DNA of 64,000 nucleotides from an uncultured Chloroflexia bacterium (GCA_963814375.1 CAWFCQ010000008.1:448001-512000); one strand, 5' to 3'; positions 1 through 9,683 are shown, counted from the stretch's first letter. Notes: generated by a model not told the origin, from the letters alone. A program made the numbers and translations.

Positions 1-161
1 TTGCGAATCTTGTCCCGGTGAGCCTCGGCGAAGGCGCGGAACCGTCTCGAAGAGGTAAGCCACCCGGCCAGCTCTACCGCGACCTCGTCATCACCCGCGC
101 CGTCGCACAGGAACCGATGGAGCCGGCCGGCCGACGTCTCCCGCGCCTTCACCCTGGACAC
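1..161 (-). CDS. hypothetical protein, N-terminal part (runs off window)
   Basis: Manual translation from GTG 161: VSRVKARETSAGRLHRFLCDGAGDDEVAVELAGWLTSSRRFRAFAEAHRDKIR, open to the edge; TAGGCT -10 six nt upstream. Confidence 0.5.
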   Translation of the reverse strand, partial: MSRVKARETSAGRLHRFLCDGAGDDEVAVELAGWLTSSRRFRAFAEAHRDKIR

Positions 162-205
162 TTGCCAAGCCTAGCGAGAGTCCTCCGTGCTGGTCGGCGG
201 GGCAG

Positions 206-628
206 TCAGGAAGGCGTCCGCCGCAGCCGGATGAAGATCGACACGCCGGCCGTGCCGAGAACCCAGCGCTGGAACGGGCTGAACGCCTCCCTTGCCTCGG
301 CGGCGCCGATGACCTCTGGCTCAATGACCTCGTGGTCGGTTCCGCGCCATCGGATCGTGCAGCCGCCAGCCGCGATGACGTTGCGCACCCATTGGGTCCG
401 ATCGCCCCAGGGCAGAGCAATGACGAACGCGTCGGCGCTGACACGGACTGCGACCGGAACGGCATACGCACGGCCGGAACGACGGCCGCGGTGGTGAAGG
501 TTGGCCCAGAGCGGAAAGAAGCGACGCCCGGCAAGTGGGCGGCTCGCCGGTGCGGTGAACTTTGAGATCGTGCGGGTCACCTGCGCCAGGGGCGAAGGCG
601 GGGATTGCTTCTGCGTGACTGAGATCAT
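206..628 (-). CDS. nitroreductase-family deazaflavin (F420)-dependent oxidoreductase (DDN-like)
   Basis: LHHRGRRSGRAY..PV and QWVRNVIAAG motifs; AGGAG RBS. Confidence 0.85.
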   Translation of the reverse strand: MISVTQKQSPPSPLAQVTRTISKFTAPASRPLAGRRFFPLWANLHHRGRRSGRAYAVPVAVRVSADAFVIALPWGDRTQWVRNVIAAGGCTIRWRGTDHEVIEPEVIGAAEAREAFSPFQRWVLGTAGVSIFIRLRRTPS

Positions 629-671
629 GGTTGGCTCCTTCGGTGGACATCTGGTTGGCTGTCAAACTGGG

Positions 672-740
672 TACGGATCGCGACGAGCCGATGTGACCGC
701 CCTGCGGCCGTGGCGTCACATCGAGGGCGTTCGCTCCGTA
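672..740. promoter_or_regulatory. back-to-back ECF41-type promoters GTCACA-N16-CGTA
   Basis: + strand GTCACA 715-720 / CGTA 737-740; - strand GTCACA 697-692 / CGTA 675-672; both spacers 16 nt; resembles the ECF41 consensus TGTCACA-N16-CGTC. Confidence 0.65.
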
Positions 741-773
741 TCTCGGTGGTGAGCTGCGAGGTACTGCAATCCG

Positions 774-1652
774 ATGCCGCGACGCGATGATCTTGCCGAG
801 CGCTTCGAGCGCCATCGATCGCACATGCGGGCCGTCGCGTATCGGATGCTGGGATCGGTCACCGAGGCGGACGATGCGGTGCAGGAGGCGTGGGTGCGCC
901 TGGACCGCTCGGATCCTGGAGGCGATGAGGACCTTCGCGGGTGGCTCACCGTCGTCGTCGGCCGGCTCTGCCTCGACGTGCTCAGGACGCGGCGCTCGCG
1001 CCGAGAGACGTATCCGGGCACGTGGCTTCCGGAGCCTGTGGTGACCTCTGCAGAGCCGGGATCTCCTGAGGACGAAGCTGTCCTTGCCGACTCCGTCGGG
1101 CTCGCCCTTCTCGTCGTCCTCGAATCGCTCAGCCCGGCTGAGCGCCTCGCCTTCGTCCTCCACGACGTGTTCAGCGTGCCGTTCGACGAGGTCGCGCGGA
1201 TCCTGGACCGATCGCCTGCGGCGGCGCGCCAGCTGGCCAGCCGCGCCCGCCGTCGGGTGCGCATCGCGGCGCCTCAGCCGGACGCCGATCTTGCCATCCA
1301 GCGCCGGGCAGTCGAAGCGTTCCTGGCGGCCGCTCGCTCGGGCAGCTTCGAGGCGCTCATAAGCGTGCTGGCTCCGAACGCGATCTTCCGAATCGACGTG
1401 GGTGGAGTGCGGCGGGGTGCACGTCAACCGGTCGTTGGGGCGGAGCCGGTCGCTCGGGAGATCATCGCGGCCGGCAGGCCGTTCGCGCCCCTTTCCCGTC
1501 CGGCATTGGTGAATGGATCCCCCGGAGCGATCGTCGGAGTCCCTGGCCGCGCCGCCGTCGCGGTGGTCGGGTTCACCGTGGTCGAAGGGCGGGTCGCGTC
1601 TATCGACCTCATCGCAGACCCGGCAAAGCTTCATGGGATCACGGTTCGATAG
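774..1652 (+). CDS. sigJ: ECF41 (SigJ-like) sigma factor with C-terminal SnoaL-like extension
   Basis: AYRMLGS..ADDAVQEAW, WLPEP linker, LSPAERLAFVLHDVF, DPAKL end motif. Confidence 0.9.
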   Translation: MPRRDDLAERFERHRSHMRAVAYRMLGSVTEADDAVQEAWVRLDRSDPGGDEDLRGWLTVVVGRLCLDVLRTRRSRRETYPGTWLPEPVVTSAEPGSPEDEAVLADSVGLALLVVLESLSPAERLAFVLHDVFSVPFDEVARILDRSPAAARQLASRARRRVRIAAPQPDADLAIQRRAVEAFLAAARSGSFEALISVLAPNAIFRIDVGGVRRGARQPVVGAEPVAREIIAAGRPFAPLSRPALVNGSPGAIVGVPGRAAVAVVGFTVVEGRVASIDLIADPAKLHGITVR

Positions 1653-1667
1653 CGCTCACGCCAGGCG

Positions 1668-1695
1668 CGATGAATCGTGATCACCGCACTGGTCT
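1668..1695 (+). promoter_or_regulatory. SigG/ECF56-type promoter CGATGA-N18-GTCT
   Basis: CGATGA 1668-1673, GTCT 1692-1695; identical spacing at three other sites. Confidence 0.6.
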
Positions 1696-1754
1696 GAACC
1701 ATGCAGCCACAGCGGTGGACCAAACCGCGACCTGGGCGATCAAGGAGAGGGCTG

Positions 1755-2339
1755 ATGCGAAAGCTGGTGGTGACCGAGTTCCTGTCGCTCGACGGAGTGA
1801 TGCAGGGGCCGGGCTCGCCTGATGAGGACACCGAGGGAGGCTTCGCGCACGGCGGTTGGCAGGCGCCGTACTTCGACGAGGGCGTACTCGCGAATGCGCA
1901 GGAGGGGATGGCCGAGACGGACGCGTACCTGTTCGGGCGAAGGACCTACGAGATCATGGCCGCTCACTGGCCTCACCAGTCGGGCGACGATCCGTTCGCG
2001 GGTCATCTGAACTCGACGAGGAAGCACGTCGCTTCCCGGACGCTCATCGATCTCTCGTGGGAGAACGCGACGCTGCTCGACGGCGACGCCGCCGACGCCG
2101 TCCCGAAGCTGAAGGATGGGCCCGGTGGCACGATCTCGATCCTGGGCAGCGGCGAGCTCGTCCAGACGCTGATCGCAAGCAACCTGGTGGATGAGCTGGC
2201 GCTCATCATTTCGCCCATCGTGCTCGGATCGGGTAAGCGCCTCTTCCGCGGCAGCGACCAGCTGCGTCGATTCGAGCTCGTTCGATCGACCACGACTCCG
2301 AAGGGAAACGTGATCGCCAGCTATCAGCCGAGCATCTAG
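1755..2339 (+). CDS. dihydrofolate reductase-family (RibD C-terminal) protein
   Basis: MRKLVVTEFLSLDGVMQ, LFGRRTYE, GSGELVQTL, PIVLGSGKRLF; AAGGAG RBS. Confidence 0.9.
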   Translation: MRKLVVTEFLSLDGVMQGPGSPDEDTEGGFAHGGWQAPYFDEGVLANAQEGMAETDAYLFGRRTYEIMAAHWPHQSGDDPFAGHLNSTRKHVASRTLIDLSWENATLLDGDAADAVPKLKDGPGGTISILGSGELVQTLIASNLVDELALIISPIVLGSGKRLFRGSDQLRRFELVRSTTTPKGNVIASYQPSI

Positions 2340-2384
2340 GCACACACCGGCCGGGCTGGGGCGAATCGCCCGCGGCCTGTGAAC

Positions 2385-2416
2385 TTGACAATACTGTGTA
2401 TCACACACTATTGTCA
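2385..2416 (+). promoter_or_regulatory. sigmaA promoter overlapped by palindromic operator (PadR autoregulation)
   Basis: TTGACA 2385-2390, TATTGT 2409-2414, 7 nt to ATG 2422; perfect inverted repeat TGACAATA...TATTGTCA. Confidence 0.7.
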
Positions 2417-2421
2417 GTTAC

Positions 2422-2763
2422 ATGGTTGATCCGGATCAGCTCGCAGCATACCGACAGGAGCTCCGACGGGGGACGGTCGTGCTGGCGTGCCTGGTCGCCT
2501 TGCGATCGCCTGGCTATGGATACGGCCTGCTCAAGACCCTCGAGCAGGCCGGGATGCCGAGCGACGCGAACACGATCTACCCGTTGCTGCGCCGGCTCGA
2601 GGAACGAGGGCTCCTCGAGAGCGAGTGGAACACCGACGACACGCGCCCGCGCAAGTTCTATCGGACCAGCGCCGCCGGAGTTGCCCTCGCGTCGCAGCTC
2701 ATGACCGATATGGCAGAACTGACCGGGGCGCTGCATGCCCTGGATGGAGGAACCATCGAATGA
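2422..2763 (+). CDS. PadR-family transcriptional regulator
   Basis: ELRRG, YGY, NTIYPLLRRLE, RPRKFY. Confidence 0.92.
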   Translation: MVDPDQLAAYRQELRRGTVVLACLVALRSPGYGYGLLKTLEQAGMPSDANTIYPLLRRLEERGLLESEWNTDDTRPRKFYRTSAAGVALASQLMTDMAELTGALHALDGGTIE

Positions 2764-3725
2764 CATCGCTCACCGAGCGCTACCTGGCCGCCGCGCTGCG
2801 CGGCATCCCGGATCGGCAGCGGGTCGACGTGGAGCGCGAGCTGCGCTCGTCGATCGCCGATGCCATGGACGACCGGGTTGCCGCCGGCGAAGACCAGTCG
2901 GCGGCCGAGAGTGCCGTGCTCGAAGGGCTTGGCAGCCCTTCTCGTCTCGCCTCGGAGATCTCGGGCCGTCCCCTCTACCTCATCGGCCCCGACCTCTTCG
3001 TCGAGTATCGCCAGCTGCTGACCGTGCTGATCGGGATCGTGGTGCCGATCGTCGGGGTCGTCCTGGCCTCGATCCAGCTCGGCACCGGTGCCGGCTATGG
3101 AGATGCGCTCCTCGAGGGCATCGGCGGTGCGTGGACGGTCGGCATGCACATCTTCTTCTGGGTGACCCTGACGTTCGCGCTGGTCGACCGAGCCGAATCG
3201 GCGAAGTGGGGAAAGACCGAGCTCAGGGCCGCCACTTCCTGGACGGTGGACAAGCTGCCCGAGCTCCCGTCTCCGGGCCGGGTCGGCGTGGGCGAGACGA
3301 TCGGCGAGGTCCTGACCCTGGCGCTGTCGATCGTCGGCCTGCTCTTCCTGCGGGGCTTCGCACCAGTGACCGATGCCGCAGGGGACCCGGTTCCGCTGCT
3401 CGATCCAGGGCTCTGGACGTTCTGGGTGCCGTACCTGATCGCCGTGCTCATCTCGATCATCGGGTTCGAGATCGTGAAGCTCATGGTGGGCCGATGGACG
3501 ATGGGGCTCGCCGTGGCGCATGCGGTCCTTCAGGCGGCCTTCGCATTGCCGTTCGCCTACCTGGCGCTGTCCGGCGCGATCATCAACCCCGACTTCGCCG
3601 AGGCGATCGGCTGGCCGCTGCTTGCCGAGGGCAATGGCCCGGTGATGGTGATCACCGCGGCGAGCGTCCTTCTCGTGACGGCATGGGAGGTGGTCGACGG
3701 GTTCCGCCGAGCGCGGCGCGTCTGA
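2760..3725 (+). CDS. permease-prefix (HAAS-type) domain membrane protein
   Basis: MTSLTERYL...DVERELRSSIADA...LGSP..LA..YLIGP followed by several TM helices; ATGA overlap with padR. Confidence 0.8.
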   Translation: MTSLTERYLAAALRGIPDRQRVDVERELRSSIADAMDDRVAAGEDQSAAESAVLEGLGSPSRLASEISGRPLYLIGPDLFVEYRQLLTVLIGIVVPIVGVVLASIQLGTGAGYGDALLEGIGGAWTVGMHIFFWVTLTFALVDRAESAKWGKTELRAATSWTVDKLPELPSPGRVGVGETIGEVLTLALSIVGLLFLRGFAPVTDAAGDPVPLLDPGLWTFWVPYLIAVLISIIGFEIVKLMVGRWTMGLAVAHAVLQAAFALPFAYLALSGAIINPDFAEAIGWPLLAEGNGPVMVITAASVLLVTAWEVVDGFRRARRV

Positions 3726-3945
3726 GGGGCCGCTGCGCGCCCCAGCCACGATGAATCGCGACGGGTTCGCCGGAGCGGCTTGGGAGGTTGCGTTCCCAGG
3801 ATCTATCGCGAACTGCCACGCACGAAGCGCACCTCTGGGCGCGGCTCAGGCGTAACGGGCCGCGAAGGATCGCGGGAACAGCCCCTGCGAACGCGCTCCG
3901 GTGGCGTTGCCGCGATGCATCGCGCCGCCGGCGACAGTACCGCAC

Positions 3946-4014
3946 CTAGACCAGGCGGCGGTCGGTTGCCCAGCGGGTGAGCTCGTATCGGTTCGAGAGC
4001 TGGAGCTTGCGAAG
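3946..4014 (-). pseudogene. orphan 3' end of a NarL/LuxR-family response regulator
   Basis: Manual translation LRKLQLSNRYELTRWATDRRLV* resembles a LuxR-HTH C-terminus; no start, and upstream is replaced by the VOC gene. Confidence 0.65.
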
Positions 4015-4028
4015 GTCGGTCGGGCCGT

Positions 4029-4382
4029 CTAGCCCGCGTCGATCACGCAGAAGCGATTCCCCTCCGGGTCCGCCAGGATGACGTAGTCGGCGTCCGGCGG
4101 ACGCTTGTCCCAGTGAATCTCGGTCGCCCCCAGGCCGATGAGGCGCTCGACCTCGGCCGCCTGGTCCTCCGCGTACAGATCCAGGTGGATGCGCGGGGGA
4201 ATCTGGAGGCTCGACCTCATGGCGTCGAGCGAGACGTTCGGTCCGTTCCCGCTCCGCGGTCGGAGAAGAGCGAAGCCCTCGTCGTCGCCCTCGCGTGCCA
4301 CGTAGTCGAGCGCTGCTGTCCAGAACGCCTTCTGGCGTTCGACGTCTTCGACGCGGATGACGATCGAGCCGATGGTGATCAT
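4029..4382 (-). CDS. VOC/glyoxalase-family protein
   Basis: FWTAALDY, RIHLDL, LADPEGNRFCVI. Confidence 0.9.
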   Translation of the reverse strand: MITIGSIVIRVEDVERQKAFWTAALDYVAREGDDEGFALLRPRSGNGPNVSLDAMRSSLQIPPRIHLDLYAEDQAAEVERLIGLGATEIHWDKRPPDADYVILADPEGNRFCVIDAG

Positions 4383-4969
4383 GGCGGAAACTCCAGCCGG
4401 ACGAGATGCCTGGGCAGGCGGCCGCTCGTCGCCTTGGTCACCAGCACGCGGCGGAAGCCGGCGGCCTCGAACGTCGAGGCGATGCCGACGAAGCCGGCGC
4501 CGGTGTCGACCCGCTTGCCGCCCGGATCGATCGGGTAGGCCTCCACCCCGGGCGCGTGGGCTCGACGCGCGGCGTCGACTACACCGTCGAGCAGGGCTCT
4601 CGTGACGCCGCGCCGCCGAGAGCCCGGTCGGATCTGGAAGCAGCCAATCGACCAGACGGGGAGATCGTCGACGGTCGGGATCGTCTTTGAGTTCACCAGC
4701 CGCGGCGTCTCGGTCCGCACGCCGACCCCGACCCAGCCCACCGCGACGCCATCGAGGTAGGCGAGGAAGCCCGGTGGGGGAGTGTCGCTCTCCATCTGCT
4801 GGCGGAGAAGCTCAGGCCGCGACCTCCCTCCGGCGAGGCTCTTCCGGTCGAGACCCCTCCATGCCTGGCACCAGCAGCCGACCTCGCCGCTCGAGCCGAG
4901 GAGCTCCTCGACATCGTCCCAGCGGTCCACCGTGGCGGGCACGATCTCCATCGGGGCCGATGAATCCAC
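4379..4969 (-). CDS. GNAT acetyltransferase (CWC-containing subfamily)
   Basis: GCWCQAWR, WSIGCFQI, RRRGVTRALL, VEAYP; GTG 4969 lies 7 nt after a TATCGT -10 (alternative ATG 4951). Confidence 0.85.
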   Translation of the reverse strand: MDSSAPMEIVPATVDRWDDVEELLGSSGEVGCWCQAWRGLDRKSLAGGRSRPELLRQQMESDTPPPGFLAYLDGVAVGWVGVGVRTETPRLVNSKTIPTVDDLPVWSIGCFQIRPGSRRRGVTRALLDGVVDAARRAHAPGVEAYPIDPGGKRVDTGAGFVGIASTFEAAGFRRVLVTKATSGRLPRHLVRLEFPP

Positions 4970-4986
4970 GGTCGCGACGATAGCAG

Positions 4987-5830
4987 TCAGGTGTGCCGCG
5001 AAGCGAGCCAGTCGAGGGCGTCGGGCGCATGTCTCAGCACCGACACATGCCCCTCGTCGCGCTTCTGCCACAGCTCCGCCGACGAAATCCTCTGGGCCAG
5101 CCACGCGCTGTGGGCAACGGGTGCGATCCGGTCCTCCTCACCGTGCAGGAGGAGCGTCGGAGCGGTGATGGCCGCGGGATCGAAGCCCCATGGTGCGACG
5201 TAGGCGAGGTCGTCGTCGATCATCGCGGCCGGACCGTCCCTGAGTGCCGGGCCCACGACCGATCCGAACCACTTCCAGTCGCCGTCGAGCGCCGACCAGT
5301 CGGCCGGGATGAAGTCGGGCGCGACGTCCGTCGCCGATGCCTCGTAGCGCTCCTTCGCCTCGCGGCCGGCGGCCGCGGCGCGCAGGGTAGCCTCTCCGCC
5401 GGGACCCATCCCGGCGAACCAGTCGAGGTCCACGGCATCGAACGGAGCGAGGCCGGATACGCCGAGGACGGCCGTGACGCGATCCGGCAGCAGCGCCGCG
5501 CACGCCAGCGCGTGCGGCGCGCCGCCCGAGTGGCCCATGACCGCGAACCGGTCGATCTCGAGCGCGTCCACAACCGCCGCGACGTCGTCGGCTGCCGATC
5601 CGACGCTCCGGCCGGGTCGGGCGTCCGAACCGCCGTATCCCGGCCGGTCGTATCCGACCCAGCGAATGCCGAGCCGATCGGCATCGGCGAACAGCGGCTC
5701 CGGCGGCATGCCGATGTTCGGAGTGCCGTGGTGCCAGACGACGACCAGCCGCTGATCGGGTCCGCGCGCGCCCGTGTCGTACGCGTGCAGCGACCGGCCG
5801 TCATCGAGCCGGTACGTCGATCTCTCGCAT
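4987..5830 (-). CDS. alpha/beta hydrolase (1-nt frameshift near 5811)
   Basis: HGTP, DRPGYG, GHSGG, HG.ED, EGH; MREIDV joins RLDDGRSLHAYD if one C is removed. Confidence 0.85.
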
Positions 5831-5844
5831 CGGTCACATCCTGC

Positions 5845-6630
5845 TCAGGCCGGGATGGGGTCGCGATCGTAGAGGCGCATGGCGCCCCAGAAACCGACCA
5901 GTGTGATGGCTGCGCACCAGCCGAGGGCAATGACGCCGCTCCAATCGATTGGCGTGCCGAGCAGGAGGCCGCGCACGGTCTCGATCATCGGCGTGAACGG
6001 CTGGTACTCGGCGAACCAGCTGATCGGCCACGGCATCGATTCGGGAGGCACGAACGCGCTGCCGAAGAACGGCAGCAGCAGGATCGGCAGGGGCAGGTTG
6101 CTCGCGGTTTCGACGCTGTTGGAGACGAGGCCCATCGGAACGGCCAGCCAGCTGAAAGCGAAGCTCGCGACGGCAAGCATGCCGATCGCTCCGGCGATCT
6201 CGAGCGGGCTCGTGGTCGGCCGGAATCCGGTCAGCACTGCAACGACGATGACGAGCACGATGCTGAACATCGTCTGCAGCACGCCGTTCACGACGTGGCC
6301 GGCCAGGACCGCGGCGCGGGGGATGGACATCGTGCGGAAGCGGAGGACGATGCCCTCGTGCTTGTCCATGGCGATGACGATGGCCATCGACGAGATGCCG
6401 TTCGCAACCGTCAGGATCAAGATCCCCGGCGTCAGGTACGCGATGTACTCGTCGCGGCCACCGACCGCTCCCGGCAGCCCGTCACCGAGCGTGGAGCCGA
6501 AGACGTACACGAAGATCAGGTAGAAGATCACCGGGATCGCCGCGACGAGCAGGGTGAGCGAGGGATACCGGCGCGCGTGGAGCAGGTTGCGGCGAAGCAT
6601 CGTCGCCGTGTCCTGGAGCACGAATGTCAT
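5845..6630 (-). CDS. ABC-2 exporter permease (DrrB-like)
   Basis: YLTPGI, RFRTM, SAFVP..MP, YQPFT; six TM helices. Confidence 0.9.
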   Translation of the reverse strand: MTFVLQDTATMLRRNLLHARRYPSLTLLVAAIPVIFYLIFVYVFGSTLGDGLPGAVGGRDEYIAYLTPGILILTVANGISSMAIVIAMDKHEGIVLRFRTMSIPRAAVLAGHVVNGVLQTMFSIVLVIVVAVLTGFRPTTSPLEIAGAIGMLAVASFAFSWLAVPMGLVSNSVETASNLPLPILLLPFFGSAFVPPESMPWPISWFAEYQPFTPMIETVRGLLLGTPIDWSGVIALGWCAAITLVGFWGAMRLYDRDPIPA

Positions 6631-7575
6631 TGGGGCGCCACCTTTCGTGGGGAGCTCTTGCCGGTGAGGGAGAGGAAGACGTCGTCGAGGTCCGGGCTGT
6701 GGAGCGAAACGCCGGCTACCTCGACCGAAGTGGACTCGAGTCGCGCCAGGACGGCCCGCAGCGAGGCGACCTCGCCGTCAGTCGGGATGTCGAGCGCGAG
6801 GGCGTCGGGGTCGCGGCGCGCGTCGCCTAGCCGCTCGGCGGCCCGTTCCAGCTGCGCCGGGTCGCCGAACTCCAGCCGGATGTGGCCGCCCGGGACGAGC
6901 CGCTTCAGCTCGGCCGGCGTGCCCTGCGCGACGATCTGACCGCCGTCGAGCAGGGCGATGCGCCCGGCCAGCTCGTCGGCCTCCTCGAGGTACTGGGTGG
7001 TCAGGAAGATCGTGATCCCGTCGCGGACGAGGGCGCGGACGATGTCCCACATCGTGCGGCGCCCGCGCGGGTCGAGACCGGTCGTCGGCTCGTCGAGGAA
7101 GACGATGCGCGGATCGCCCACGAGCGTCATCGCCAGGTCGAGACGGCGCTTCTCGCCTCCGGAGTACGTGGCCACCATGCGGCCCGCCACCTCGAGGAGA
7201 TCGAAGCGGTCGATGAGCTCGGCGATCCGCCGCCGACCCTCGTCTCGCTGAAGGTGGTTCAGATCCGCCATCAGCTTGAGGTTCTCGTGGCCGGTCAGCA
7301 GGTTGTCCACCGCCGAGAACTGGCCGGTCACGCCGATCGCCGCGCGGATCCCTTCCGGGTCCGTCCGCAGGTCGTGTCCACCGACCTCGACCTCCCCGGA
7401 GTCCGGGGTGAGCATCGTCGTGAGCATGTGGACGGTCGTTGTCTTGCCGGCCCCGTTCGGGCCGAGCATGGCGAACACCGATCCGGTGGCGACCTCGAGA
7501 TCGATGCCGTCGAGGACGAGCGTTGTCGCCGTATGACTTGCGGAGGCCAGTGGCCCGGATCGCGGTGGCGGTCAT
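6627..7575 (-). CDS. ABC exporter ATP-binding protein (DrrA-like; frameshift near 7525)
   Basis: GPNGAGKTT, YSGGEKRRLD, DEPTTGLDP; N-terminus MTATAIRATGLRKSYG lies in another frame. Confidence 0.9.
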
Positions 7576-7608
7576 GAGCGCGACCCCCACTCGCCGATCG
7601 GGCGAGCC

Positions 7609-8127
7609 TCAGATGTCGAGCTCCTGAACGCCAGGCTGCCTGACCGATGCGGAGACCGTGTCGAAGAGCTCAGGCGGAACGTGATCCCGGAGCTCCTCGA
7701 GCGTATCGAACGTGTCGAGGGTCGCCTCCGCGGGCTTCCCGCCGCCCGAAGCCATGCCGATGCCGGTCCATGCTCGCCAGCCCGTGAGCGGGTTGCCCTC
7801 GGCGTCGCGCATCTCGAAGTACTCGGTGTGCTCGATGTGAAGAGCGAACTTCTTCGCCCCGCGGTAGACGCGGTAGTGGACGAACTTCTCGCCATCGGAT
7901 TTGAACCACTCGCCGAGGAGGACGGCGTTGAAGCGAACCTTGTGCCCCCCACCAAAGCCGACCTTGACGATGACTTCGTCGAAGCCGGCATGGCGGGCAT
8001 CCTCGGCCTCCACGTAGCGCTTGAGGGCGCTGCTGATGGCCCCAGACAGGTTGCCGCCAGAGAGCTCCTGGGCGCGCTGGTAGAGGGGCTGGTCGTCGTC
8101 TGAAACGTAGATGGTTCTATTTGGCAC
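7609..8127 (-). CDS. EXLDI protein (putative RHH-type regulator)
   Basis: MPNRTIYVSDDD..LYQRAQEL..GNLS N-terminus and C-terminal QELDI; sits upstream of an ABC exporter. Confidence 0.85.
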   Translation of the reverse strand: MPNRTIYVSDDDQPLYQRAQELSGGNLSGAISSALKRYVEAEDARHAGFDEVIVKVGFGGGHKVRFNAVLLGEWFKSDGEKFVHYRVYRGAKKFALHIEHTEYFEMRDAEGNPLTGWRAWTGIGMASGGGKPAEATLDTFDTLEELRDHVPPELFDTVSASVRQPGVQELDI

Positions 8128-8250
8128 GTGCGCATCGTAGCTCCCTGCTCATGCGGTATACGGACAGTCATGTGCATGAGTATACGTATAGTGCTACATG
8201 GATGCAAGAGGCAATGTGCGCACGTCAGGTTCCGCGAAGGTCGATCGGGA

Positions 8251-8811
8251 TCAGCGCGCCGCGTAGCTGAGCAGGAGCACGCCGGAGGCGAATTGCCGGG
8301 TCTCGGTCAGGCGCAGCGCTTGGGGCGCCCTGATGTTCGGCCAGTAAGGCTTGCCGCCACCCAGGACAACCGGATGGACGACAAGCTGGTACTCGTCGAC
8401 CAACCCGGCATGGACGAACTGCCCGGCCAGGTCGGGCCCGCTGACGTCGAGGTCGCCGTCGAACTCGCGTCGCACCTCCGCCAGGACCTTGCCCACGTCG
8501 CCTCGCACGAGCCGGGCGTTGTGATCGACGTGATCGAGGCTGGTGGAGAAGACGAACTTCGGCATCGGGTTCCAGATCCGCGCGAACTCGCGCATCGCGT
8601 CGGTGGAGGAAGGATCCGTCTCACCGGTCGGCCAGTAGGCCGACATCACCTCCCACACCCGCCTGCCGTACAGGGAAGCATCGAGCGCCCGCGTCTGCTC
8701 GTTGAAGAAGGTGTGGAGCTCCTCGTCGATGGTCCCCCAATCGAGAGAGTGCTCGGGGGTCTCGACGAACCCGTCGAGCGAGACGTTCATCAGGTAGATC
8801 AGCTTGCCCAT
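8251..8811 (-). CDS. dihydrofolate reductase-family (RibD_C) protein
   Basis: MGKLIYLMNVSLDGFV, LYGRRVWE, GLVDEY, PVVLGGG. Confidence 0.9.
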   Translation of the reverse strand: MGKLIYLMNVSLDGFVETPEHSLDWGTIDEELHTFFNEQTRALDASLYGRRVWEVMSAYWPTGETDPSSTDAMREFARIWNPMPKFVFSTSLDHVDHNARLVRGDVGKVLAEVRREFDGDLDVSGPDLAGQFVHAGLVDEYQLVVHPVVLGGGKPYWPNIRAPQALRLTETRQFASGVLLLSYAAR

Positions 8812-9641
8812 TCGTCCGCCTGCCGGTCGAGGAAATCGAGGGTCACCGCGGCGAACAGCGGCGAAATGCCGAGGTTGTAGTGGGTGAGGCCCGGGAGCAC
8901 GGCCAGCGCGTGCCCGCCCTTCGGCCGCCCCTCGCCCATCCAGCCGCCGTCCCGGAGGCCGCCGTCGAGCAGCTTGAAGGCGTCGACGTAGTGGGACGGT
9001 GGCGCCATGTCGGCATCGGCGCACACGATCATCGTCGGCACCTGGAGGCCACGGACCTCGTCCGAGAAGTCGAAGTCCTTCGACATCGAGGCGCCGACCT
9101 TGTCGAGCAGCGCACCGAAGTCCTCCGGTCGCGGAGCCAGCCGCTGATAGGTCTGGTACATCGGGGTGTCCTTCATGAACTCGGCCGCCGCGGCGCCGAC
9201 CTGCTCCTGCTGGGCGAGCATCTCGGCCGGGATCGCATCACGCCGGATGTTCGCCGAGGCCATGACCAGCTTGCCGACCTTCTCCGGGTACTTCGAGGCG
9301 ACGAAGAACGCCACCCCGCCGCCGAGCGAAAAGCCGACGACGTCCGGCCGGTCGAGGCCGAGGTGGTCGATGAGGGCCGCGATGTCGTCCGCCATCAGCC
9401 TGATGTCCAGCGGCCGATCGATGTCGGCCGTTCGCCCATGGCCCTGGAGGTCGGGGAGGATCACCTGGTGGTTCGCCGCCAGGAGGCCGATGACCGGGCC
9501 GAACATCTCGCCCGACCCGAGCCCACCATGCAGGAGGACAAGCGGCCGGCCGGCGCCATGGGTCTCGAAGTAGAGGTGGAGGCCGTTGACATCGGCGTAC
9601 TGGCCGGTGCCCTTCGTCTCGGTGGTCCCCGGGCTCGTCAC
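8799..9641 (-). CDS. alpha/beta hydrolase
   Basis: LHGGLG, DLQGHGRT, GFSLGG, LPGLTHY; GTG start with AGGAG RBS. Confidence 0.9.
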   Translation of the reverse strand: MTSPGTTETKGTGQYADVNGLHLYFETHGAGRPLVLLHGGLGSGEMFGPVIGLLAANHQVILPDLQGHGRTADIDRPLDIRLMADDIAALIDHLGLDRPDVVGFSLGGGVAFFVASKYPEKVGKLVMASANIRRDAIPAEMLAQQEQVGAAAAEFMKDTPMYQTYQRLAPRPEDFGALLDKVGASMSKDFDFSDEVRGLQVPTMIVCADADMAPPSHYVDAFKLLDGGLRDGGWMGEGRPKGGHALAVLPGLTHYNLGISPLFAAVTLDFLDRQADEWAS

Positions 9642-9683
9642 GGTTGTGCTCCTTCTCGCAAGCTGCTGGCGGTCATGCTGGTC

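Noticed and set aside
3749-3776. Fifth CGATGA promoter site
   Set aside because: There is no GTC at N18 and no downstream gene on that strand.
4993-6939. 648-aa plus-strand ORF and many similar R/P/G-rich long ORFs
   Set aside because: These are stop-poor shadow frames of real genes in high-GC DNA and carry no motifs.
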